Shown here: positions 48,177 through 55,652 of the stretch, in pieces | Position numbering within the stretch: position 1 is the first letter of the stretch | How the letters are laid out: every line of letters begins with the position of its first letter | IMG/VR virus record: IMGVR_UViG_3300020183_005033 | Coordinates: 58,437-122,436 of that record | Direction: 5' to 3' (one strand) | From: a virus | Length of the DNA: 64,000 nt | Notes under the pieces: model-generated | What the model was told of the DNA's origin: nothing | Database searches by the model: none | What the model saw: only the letters and a program-made list of their open reading frames with translations | Translations under genes and position numbers: made by a program

Positions 48177-49302
48177 AAATACAAAACCAGTCTTAAAAGT
48201 CGTTCAACACCTCAAGTTTATTAAACAACTTGAGAAGAACGCCAACATGTCTTACGAAATTGTCGTAGACAGGATGATTGACGATATTATTAAACACTTA
48301 AAAGCAGAAAAACTAGCCAAGTCCGAAGACCCCCTAGACCCAGTCAACCTTCCGTCTAACTGGCAAAGACAAGTTCCAAGAATCACAGTCAATTTCAATA
48401 AGACTATCGGACCTATTATTGAAAAGTACATGTTGGTTTTGAAGTATGCCCTGTTGGGCAAGGCTGCTGGTCAAGATGCTGAAGATGCTGTCGAAGAGCT
48501 GGGGCTTAAGACTTATTTGCCTAAAGGCATTTTGTTTCAAGGCTTCTTCGATGCAGTAGACACTCACGATGACTACTTCTCCAAAGCCCTCAAGATTCCC
48601 AAGCCACGAATTAAAGCAAAGAAAGATCCTTTCTTAGAATACACGTTCAAATTTATTCAAGAGAAGACAGCTCGGTACGTAGACAAGAGTCTAGTCGAGA
48701 TGAAAGTAAAGGCTCTGACGGCTCTTGAGAACTTAGTGACAGACCACAACCATGACAATATGTCTAACGTACATAGAGTCGCCCATAACTTGGCTGAAGG
48801 TCTTAAAGAGACGCAGAAGAAGAAAGAAGCCGTTAAAGATGCAGTTAGAGCAGTAGCTGAGCAGAGACTTAGTCTTACTAAAGCCAAACAGACTCTTAAA
48901 GACACATTCAAAGACTACAGCACAAATTGGGACTTGGTTGTAAAGACTGAAGTTGGTATGGCATCTGCTGTAGCAACAAGTCAGACAATCCTCCATCACG
49001 CTGGCTCGTCCAACAGAGATGTCATTGTGACTATTGTCTCGATTGAAGACGATAGAGTCTCTAAAGAGTGCAAAGATTGGAGCCGCAATGAAGATGGCTC
49101 ACTGAAATACTTTAGGCTGACTGCTCTAAAACCGCCGGGGTATAACTTAGGTAAGAAAAAAGCTCAGTGGGAAAATTGTCAACCATTAAGGCACTTTAGG
49201 TGTAGATGCACTCTTGTGTGTGTCCCCAAGGGCTACAAGGTAGATAACTTTGGCTCGTTGGTAAAATTGAGTGAAGGTGAAGAAATCAAGATAGAGAATT
49301 GA
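48157..49302 (+). CDS. head morphogenesis protein (Mu gpF/SPP1 gp7-like)
   Basis: WDLVVKTEVGMA...DDRVSKEC...PLRHFRCRCTL. Confidence 0.7.
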   Translation: MTKKTVKNTKPVLKVVQHLKFIKQLEKNANMSYEIVVDRMIDDIIKHLKAEKLAKSEDPLDPVNLPSNWQRQVPRITVNFNKTIGPIIEKYMLVLKYALLGKAAGQDAEDAVEELGLKTYLPKGILFQGFFDAVDTHDDYFSKALKIPKPRIKAKKDPFLEYTFKFIQEKTARYVDKSLVEMKVKALTALENLVTDHNHDNMSNVHRVAHNLAEGLKETQKKKEAVKDAVRAVAEQRLSLTKAKQTLKDTFKDYSTNWDLVVKTEVGMASAVATSQTILHHAGSSNRDVIVTIVSIEDDRVSKECKDWSRNEDGSLKYFRLTALKPPGYNLGKKKAQWENCQPLRHFRCRCTLVCVPKGYKVDNFGSLVKLSEGEEIKIEN

Positions 49303-49303
49303 G

Positions 49304-49870
49304 ATGATTGTTACAGTAATAACTCCATCAATAGGCAGGCCGACTCTCAAAGAAGCCTTGGAGTCACTACAAAGCCAATCTAATCCTAAATGGTTATCGC
49401 TCGTTGGGTTTGACGGCGTTAATCCTCCTCAACCTGTCCAAGACAACAGAATCACCTATGTCTATCTGACTAAGGCGGGCGGCGGCAAAAACCATGGCGG
49501 CGGAGTTAGAAACAAACTTATTCCGTTAGTCATGACCGATTGGCTGTGCTTCTTGGATGACGATGATAGCTTTCGGCCACACTATGTGGATGCTTTGGCA
49601 GCAGAATTGACTACCAACCCAGACGCTGACTGCGTTATCTTTAGGATGAGTTACGACGATAAAGACTCTAAAGTGCTGCCACCAGCTCACTTAAAGAATA
49701 TTCAGGCTTGTCTTGTTGGGATTTCTTGTGCAGCCAGGAAAGAGTTTTTAGTGCAAAACGGAATTGAATTTAAGAACGGACCCCTAGAAGATTATCACTT
49801 CTTAAGGCAGATTGAAGACAAGCGGGGCAAAATCGTCTTCTCTAAAGAGATTACTTACAACGTCAGGTAG
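49304..49870 (+). CDS. GT2-family glycosyltransferase
   Basis: VTVITPSIGRPTLKEALESL, GGVRN, WLCFLDDDD, EDYHF. Confidence 0.85.
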   Translation: MIVTVITPSIGRPTLKEALESLQSQSNPKWLSLVGFDGVNPPQPVQDNRITYVYLTKAGGGKNHGGGVRNKLIPLVMTDWLCFLDDDDSFRPHYVDALAAELTTNPDADCVIFRMSYDDKDSKVLPPAHLKNIQACLVGISCAARKEFLVQNGIEFKNGPLEDYHFLRQIEDKRGKIVFSKEITYNVR

Positions 49871-50141
49871 CAATCACTTCTTTAAAAACCACTACTCGAA
49901 TAGACATCCAAGTCTCTAGTCCATCATAATTAAAGCTACGGCGATGCTTAATTTGGTCTGGAGCGCGTCTATAGACTCTTCTTTGCGGCGTTTGTTCTGG
50001 CACAGAAACAGACTTGATTGGCGCGATTAGCTCTTCGGTTTTCCAGTCACAACTAAACGTGTTTTGAAACTCAATGGGGTTAAAGGAGCGGCTTAGCACT
50101 TCGTCCGCACTAACTAATGTAATTTCAATAAAATCTGTCAT
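49863..50141 (-). CDS. hypothetical protein
   Basis: Last gene of a coupled minus-strand operon. Confidence 0.5.
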   Translation of the reverse strand: MTDFIEITLVSADEVLSRSFNPIEFQNTFSCDWKTEELIAPIKSVSVPEQTPQRRVYRRAPDQIKHRRSFNYDGLETWMSIRVVVFKEVIAT

Positions 50142-50401
50142 GCGTCATCTTCCCTGCTTTTAATGACTAGAATCTTTTCTTGTTTTAAATAAGTTGTAAA
50201 AACTTTGGCTAAATGTTTATTCACAGCGTCTTTCCAAACTTGACTAAGAGGCTCTAAAGTTTTTGGATTACCCTGCTGGGCATTAAAGGCAACGGCTTGG
50301 GCAAATTTAACAAGATCCTGAGAATGGATAACAAGATGATAATTTCCTGTTTCTTCGTTTTCTGCAAGTGTATTAATTTCTTCTTTTGAGTAAATCTTCA
50401 T
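50138..50401 (-). CDS. hypothetical protein
   Basis: ATGA-coupled in operon. Confidence 0.6.
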   Translation of the reverse strand: MKIYSKEEINTLAENEETGNYHLVIHSQDLVKFAQAVAFNAQQGNPKTLEPLSQVWKDAVNKHLAKVFTTYLKQEKILVIKSREDDA

Positions 50402-50721
50402 TTAGTGCCCTTTTTTTGATCGACTTTTGTTTTAATCATGTTTTTCACTTCGATCCACTTTTCTTTTGAAATACGCATTTCTCTTTCAGATAGACCTACC
50501 ATATCCCACTTGCCATCTATACTAGACAGAGACACTCTTCCAAACTTAAGGACTTCGTCCCCTTCTGTCAATACAAAAATAGCCATCTTTGTCAAAGAGA
50601 CAATTAAGCCAACTTGTGTCTCATCTTCTTCATTTGCCATCTCGATGGTATCGCCTAGCTCAGCCCCTATAAGCTGTAGCTCGTCGTGCGCCCATGGCGT
50701 TGCTGATGTGTCTAAGTTCAT
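50398..50721 (-). CDS. hypothetical protein
   Basis: GAGG RBS; ATGA-coupled. Confidence 0.65.
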   Translation of the reverse strand: MNLDTSATPWAHDELQLIGAELGDTIEMANEEDETQVGLIVSLTKMAIFVLTEGDEVLKFGRVSLSSIDGKWDMVGLSEREMRISKEKWIEVKNMIKTKVDQKKGTK

Positions 50722-50730
50722 AAATTCCTC

Positions 50731-51021
50731 TCACGGAGCTGGTTCAAATCTCCAAAGTGGTTTATTGCTTGAGCCGTTGTAAATTAAAATTTTTTTGTAG
50801 TACCAACCATCGGGGCGTTCCACCCTAAGATTGTCAATATATTCTGCTGAATAGCCATCTAGTTCGTCTGCTTTTCTCAAAGCCTCAATCACTTCATCTC
50901 TTGATGGCATAGAAGACATCATTGCGTCTGCCCTGTAGTCATCCTGACCATCTACCCAATAAGCAGGAATCATTAGCTTATAGCGATGTGGCTGTGAAAA
51001 GCTCATAACTGACCTCACCAA
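50731..51021 (-). CDS. hypothetical protein
   Basis: In operon; true start may be ATG at 51006. Confidence 0.55.
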   Translation of the reverse strand: MVRSVMSFSQPHRYKLMIPAYWVDGQDDYRADAMMSSMPSRDEVIEALRKADELDGYSAEYIDNLRVERPDGWYYKKILIYNGSSNKPLWRFEPAP

Positions 51022-51959
51022 ATCTTTAATTGGTTTAAAGCATCTATAAACTTTTTACTAGTCATTTTTGTAACACACTCTGCAAGCTCCATTTTGCGAG
51101 GACAGTTTGCAAAATTCCAGTAATTTAGTGACCAGTCTGACTCACAAAAACCGCAGGCAATATTGGGAGTAATTGAAATGGTGGGAACTCGTCCTCTGTA
51201 TGGAATCCGGAGCTCAGGTTTAATAGTCGTAAATCCGCAAACAACGGGAGTTTGGGTTGTCCAAGCAATGTGCATAGGGCCGCCGTCCATTCCCACGATG
51301 GCTTTAGACTGATTCATAATAGTTGCAAGCTCCCTAAAAGACGTATCGTCTCTTAAGTCTACTCCAAAGCCCGGATACTCAAAATCACTTACAGCGAGAC
51401 TGCTTTTCCAAATAGAAATAGCTCCTCTTTTGCCTACGTATACAGGAGTTAGCCCTTTTGAATAAACATATTCGGCAATTTTAGTAATTTCGTCTGATAG
51501 AATTGTACGCTGCTTGTCTCTGTAAGTAGTAATAATAATTACAGATTTACTAAAATCTACGCCGTAACGGCTTACGTCCGTTGGTAAAAGCGGAACGTAC
51601 TGGGCGTCGATGTCATCTAGTACGCGCCCCAGTAAACCAATAGAGGCGTATTGGGTCAGTTTCATGCGAGACGGAGTTAGCTTACAAACATGGTTACCAA
51701 CTCCGAGCATATTTAAATGCCTAATTGAATATCCCTTAGGGTACTGAGCCGTAACTTCGGTAAATTTACTTTCAGGAATAAAATGAAAAAAATCTTTAAA
51801 ATCCGGATAAACTCCTACAAGGTAATCGTCCGTTCTTTTGTGAAAATTTTCGGTAGCGTATTTTAAAGAAGGAGCGGCAGCTATTAGATCACCCACTGCA
51901 GCAGAGTTCAAACAATATACGACTTTATCTGCAATCATCTTAAATGTCCTTATAAACAA
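51015..51959 (-). CDS. GT9-family heptosyltransferase-like protein with Aah/TibC-type Cys finger
   Basis: AAVGDLIAAAPSL, VDLRDDTSFRELATIMNQSKAIVGMDGGPMHIA, CGFC...CPR...EC. Confidence 0.75.
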   Translation of the reverse strand: MFIRTFKMIADKVVYCLNSAAVGDLIAAAPSLKYATENFHKRTDDYLVGVYPDFKDFFHFIPESKFTEVTAQYPKGYSIRHLNMLGVGNHVCKLTPSRMKLTQYASIGLLGRVLDDIDAQYVPLLPTDVSRYGVDFSKSVIIITTYRDKQRTILSDEITKIAEYVYSKGLTPVYVGKRGAISIWKSSLAVSDFEYPGFGVDLRDDTSFRELATIMNQSKAIVGMDGGPMHIAWTTQTPVVCGFTTIKPELRIPYRGRVPTISITPNIACGFCESDWSLNYWNFANCPRKMELAECVTKMTSKKFIDALNQLKIW

Positions 51960-53391
51960 TGTCTTCGGTTATCGTCTCATAAACACTATATCTTGACTTA
52001 GCATACTGTTTAAAAATATCAAAGAACTTTTCGCTATCGCTATTCCAAACCCCATAGCCAGCGGTTGTAATGTCGATAAAGATTAGTTTCTTGCCTTTTT
52101 TATACCGAAGGCCACGGCCAATAACCTGCCGAGTTAAGGCTTCTGCCGAGTTTTGAACACAACTAATCATAAAGTCAACGTCGGGCAAGTCGATACCTTC
52201 TCCCAACAGACTGCTATTAGACACTAGGAGATTCGTCTTACCATCTTTAAATTGATAAAAAGGATTGCGGTATCCGCTATGAGCAGGCTCGCAGGCGACC
52301 CCCATTTCAGACGCATACTCACAAAACTCGGCTGACGGCTCGACTGTCTTAAACAACACTAAGACCTTAAGTCCCTTGTTTAGTCCGCTCTTAACTAGGT
52401 TAAGCACCGTATGGAGCGACTTTTCGTGAGTAGAAAGCATCTTGTAGGCTGTCTGCTGATGAGTCGTCTCTCTAATGCGGCCTAAACCAGTAATCGTTAG
52501 GCAGGTAATGGCTACGGGGCAAAGGAACTCATTGTCAATTGCCCACTTACTGTCTTTTTGAAAGACAATAGGCCCGACAATCCCATGGAAGCCAAGTTCC
52601 AAGTTGTCTGCTCTGACTGGAGTTGCCGTAAAGCCATAGATATACTTGGCTCGACTTCCAAAGATAGCCAATTCTTTATACATGTTAGAAGAGGAGTGGT
52701 GAGCTTCGTCAATAATAATAGCATCAAAGATGTCTGAGTAGTTACGGCCACTGTTGACAGTGGCAATAGCAACATCAACACCCTCTTTGAATTTGTGCTT
52801 GCCACCGATGCCGCAGCTCTTGGGGGCAATCTGTTTAATGTCTTTAAGCATCTGAGAGATAAGTTCGATAGTAGGGACAACAATGAGGACTCTGAGGCCA
52901 CGCTCGACGAGGGCACGACTCAGTAGGCTGATACACATTGACTTGCCTGTTCCTGTCGGCAAAACAATACAGCCCCTCTTATAGCCAAGAGCAGTCTTGA
53001 CGGCTTCAGCCTGATAGTCTCTTGGAACTTTAGGACCTACGGGAGACAGATTGAGTTCTCTATCTTTTTCTTTATGGCCTTCCATGTTAGGAACGAGCCA
53101 CCAGAACCCAGGGGGTACACTGAGAGTCCCATCATCATTTTCGCCGTAATATTCTACTTTAGTCTCTAGTTCTAGTTGGGCAAGCTCAAGCTTAATCTTG
53201 ATGGCGTGCTTTTCGTTGTAGGGCTTTTGACGCTTAAGGAGCTTAATTTTTGAAATTACACCCTTATTTTCAACTGTTAGGAGATTTCTAACAGTTGCGA
53301 GTACGTCTGAAGTGCCTGACAGAGTGATTTCATTGTTCTTATACTCGCCCCTAAGGCCGCGTATGGGTTCAAAAGTATTATCTTTAGCCAT
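51940..53391 (-). CDS. superfamily II DExH helicase (UvsW-like)
   Basis: PRDYQ, LPTGTGKS, IIIDEAHH, GFTATPVR, LGEGIDLP, QVIGRGLR. Confidence 0.9.
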   Translation of the reverse strand: MAKDNTFEPIRGLRGEYKNNEITLSGTSDVLATVRNLLTVENKGVISKIKLLKRQKPYNEKHAIKIKLELAQLELETKVEYYGENDDGTLSVPPGFWWLVPNMEGHKEKDRELNLSPVGPKVPRDYQAEAVKTALGYKRGCIVLPTGTGKSMCISLLSRALVERGLRVLIVVPTIELISQMLKDIKQIAPKSCGIGGKHKFKEGVDVAIATVNSGRNYSDIFDAIIIDEAHHSSSNMYKELAIFGSRAKYIYGFTATPVRADNLELGFHGIVGPIVFQKDSKWAIDNEFLCPVAITCLTITGLGRIRETTHQQTAYKMLSTHEKSLHTVLNLVKSGLNKGLKVLVLFKTVEPSAEFCEYASEMGVACEPAHSGYRNPFYQFKDGKTNLLVSNSSLLGEGIDLPDVDFMISCVQNSAEALTRQVIGRGLRYKKGKKLIFIDITTAGYGVWNSDSEKFFDIFKQYAKSRYSVYETITEDIVYKDI

Positions 53392-53475
53392 AAGTTCTCC
53401 GTTTTGTTATCTATAACAAAGACAAATGTGTGAGTCAATGTTAAAATACAACGAGTATGTCATAGGGGTTAAGAC

Positions 53476-54258
53476 ATGGGACTCAAAGTCTTTGGATTGG
53501 GCGCAGTACAATCAGTCGATAAACAAGGCGAACTGATTGAAATTGCTAATATTGATACATCCAATCTACGCATGATTACAGACGAACACAACTCCGACCA
53601 AAAGGGAGCTTGGTGTATTGTTGGCGGAATTACTGCCCACAAAAAGATTATGTCTGAAAAAGACTGCGAGACTCCCCGCCAGAAGAAATGTTGGGACTTA
53701 GTCAAAGTTCCTTACCTTTATGTCGAAGGAGAACTTGCCGATGGACACCCAAATGCTGATGCTGCTGCTGCTCTTATTAGGTATACTGCCGCTAATCCTG
53801 ATTTACCCCTAAGAATTGGGATGTCAATTGAAGGTCTTATCCTAAAGCGTGGCGGACCGGAAGGTTCAGCAGAACACAAAGTCATCAAGCAGTCTTCGGC
53901 AGATGCTATTGCTATTACGGCTAAACCCTGCAACCCACAGGCTCAGATGTTCCCCATGAATGACCTCATGAAGTCATCTGCAGAGCCGCCCCCCGCTGAG
54001 TATCTACAAAAGTTTATGAAATCCGAGAGCGCAACTCAGTCTTTTAAGCACCGTCCAGAGATTCGCCTCAAACAAAAGCTCGAAGAGTTGAAAAAGTCTT
54101 TGGAAGATGTTTTAAAGGGTGGAGTGTGTTCTGTTAAGTGCTGGAACTGCGGCGACACTGAGAGAATGTTCAAAGCGTCGCGCGAGTGGAGTAATCGCTG
54201 CAAGAAGTGCGGAGATGCTCGAAGTATGCAAGATATCTGGAAAGCTTTAAACCAATAA
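53476..54258 (+). CDS. prohead maturation protease with C-terminal Zn ribbon
   Basis: DKQGELI, ITDEH (His), YLYVEGEL, GMSIEG (Ser), AITAKPCNPQA; CWNC...CKKC. Confidence 0.78.
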   Translation: MGLKVFGLGAVQSVDKQGELIEIANIDTSNLRMITDEHNSDQKGAWCIVGGITAHKKIMSEKDCETPRQKKCWDLVKVPYLYVEGELADGHPNADAAAALIRYTAANPDLPLRIGMSIEGLILKRGGPEGSAEHKVIKQSSADAIAITAKPCNPQAQMFPMNDLMKSSAEPPPAEYLQKFMKSESATQSFKHRPEIRLKQKLEELKKSLEDVLKGGVCSVKCWNCGDTERMFKASREWSNRCKKCGDARSMQDIWKALNQ

Positions 54259-54267
54259 GAGGTTGAT

Positions 54268-54645
54268 ATGCCAAACATTTTTTCTGATAACGGCGTGGGT
54301 GGATTAAAATTAGATTACGGCGAAGCGACAAAAGTTGCTTTGGCCGCCGCTACAGAGCTTGCGCCAGCAATGTTAATTACATTGGCAGATCAGTCTCATA
54401 AAATTATTTTTCACAACGACTCGGATCAAGAAGTACAAGTTTTAATTGCAAATCCTTCTAGCTTAGAAGGAGCTTGGCAAAAAATACTTTGTCTTGCCCC
54501 CGGACAAAGCTTACCGATTGAAAACTATGCTGGGCCTATGTGTTTATTTCCGCCTCGCACCAAGTTTGCGGCGTATTCATTGGCCACTCACATAGGAATT
54601 GGCAACCCAGATGGAAAGTGTAGAGTTTACTGCTGGTTAGCGTAA
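54268..54645 (+). CDS. hypothetical (possibly virion) protein
   Basis: GAGG RBS; co-transcribed with the protease. Confidence 0.6.
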   Translation: MPNIFSDNGVGGLKLDYGEATKVALAAATELAPAMLITLADQSHKIIFHNDSDQEVQVLIANPSSLEGAWQKILCLAPGQSLPIENYAGPMCLFPPRTKFAAYSLATHIGIGNPDGKCRVYCWLA

Positions 54646-54651
54646 ATATCT

Positions 54652-54678
54652 AGGGGGCTTGAAGCCCCCTTTTTTTTA
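54652..54678 (+). terminator. Rho-independent terminator between convergent units
   Basis: AGGGGGC-ttgaa-GCCCCCT followed by a T-run. Confidence 0.85.
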
Positions 54679-55194
54679 TTTCTTAACAAGTCTCGCCACT
54701 TCATGAACAATAACATTAAAGACAGTTGTCTGCCTTTCGTCAGCCAGCTCAACTAGATAATTAAGAATTAAGTCAAGAGTTTTTTGCGCTAATTGCTTGT
54801 TAAGGGCTGCCTCATCAATTCCCTTGACTGTCAATTCTCCTGTGGGTGTTCCTACGGCGGATTTTGAAGAAGACTTAATCTTTGATGGTTTTTTGGTTGT
54901 TACGTGTGATTTATTATTAAGTACGAACACATCGGGCTTAGGGGTAGATTTAGCCACAGATACTTTCTTTTTATTAGACTTTTTGGTAGGAGCAAACTGC
55001 GCTCTAATAGAGTTCAAGATAGGGGTATTACTGTCTTGTGTTTGCTCTGGTTCTTCATGTGCCCTAAGAGCAGCTTGAGCTTCTTCTAAAGAACTAAACC
55101 GTCCCAAGTAGACCGTCTTAGAATCTTTGTAAGTTCTAACCAAATACTTGCGCTCAGTCTTGCTATAAGAAATACCGTTAATGCCAATTTTCAT
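54676..55194 (-). CDS. AP2-domain DNA-binding protein (no HNH)
   Basis: GISYSKTERKYLVRTYKDSKTVYLGRFSSLEEAQAA. Confidence 0.7.
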   Translation of the reverse strand: MKIGINGISYSKTERKYLVRTYKDSKTVYLGRFSSLEEAQAALRAHEEPEQTQDSNTPILNSIRAQFAPTKKSNKKKVSVAKSTPKPDVFVLNNKSHVTTKKPSKIKSSSKSAVGTPTGELTVKGIDEAALNKQLAQKTLDLILNYLVELADERQTTVFNVIVHEVARLVKK

Positions 55195-55475
55195 AACTTC
55201 TCCTTTTTAATAAAATCTCTTAACTCTGGATTCCACTCACCAAGCATTCCATCTTCTGCAAAACGTCTATTATTAGTTACAGGGTCTCCTGCGTGTAAAT
55301 GAGACAGTTCTAAGCTGTCTAGCTTATGGACGGCCAGATTGAACATACTGGGCGCATACGTAGACCGCCCGTCTACGTACCTAAAGGCCATCCACATAGT
55401 GTCCTGAATGATTTGTTTTAAAACTTCATTCTCCTCTTTGAGTTTTTTCATCGTCACGAGAAACCTCTCTGTCAT
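55191..55475 (-). CDS. hypothetical protein
   Basis: WMAFRYVDGRSTYAPS motif; coupled ORF. Confidence 0.65.
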   Translation of the reverse strand: MTERFLVTMKKLKEENEVLKQIIQDTMWMAFRYVDGRSTYAPSMFNLAVHKLDSLELSHLHAGDPVTNNRRFAEDGMLGEWNPELRDFIKKEKL

Positions 55476-55545
55476 TAATCGTCATAAGCAGCATTAATGA
55501 AGATACCAAAATAACCCCCAACATTGCAAGAAGAATATTTTGCAT
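55426..55545 (-). CDS. small membrane peptide (39 aa, not in ORF track)
   Basis: AAGGAGG RBS; MQNILLAMLGVILVSSLMLLMTINDREVSRDDEKTQRGE. Confidence 0.65.
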   Translation of the reverse strand: MQNILLAMLGVILVSSLMLLMTINDREVSRDDEKTQRGE

Positions 55546-55568
55546 GACTTGTCCTCCTTATACCCTTC

Positions 55569-55596
55569 TATTCGGAAATTGCTTGAGAAACTTTAG
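55569..55596 (-). promoter_or_regulatory. sigma-28-type promoter P5
   Basis: Minus strand CTAAAGTTT; TAAA-N15-TCCGAATA; AAGGAGG RBS downstream. Confidence 0.7.
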
Positions 55597-55611
55597 TCAT
55601 TATTGTAAAAT
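55583..55611 (+). promoter_or_regulatory. promoter for the tail-fibre operon, overlapping P5
   Basis: TTGAGA-N17-TAAAAT. Confidence 0.55.
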
Positions 55612-55652
55612 AATCCTATATCGTTCTACCTAAATTTCCCTAAGAGGGCGAA

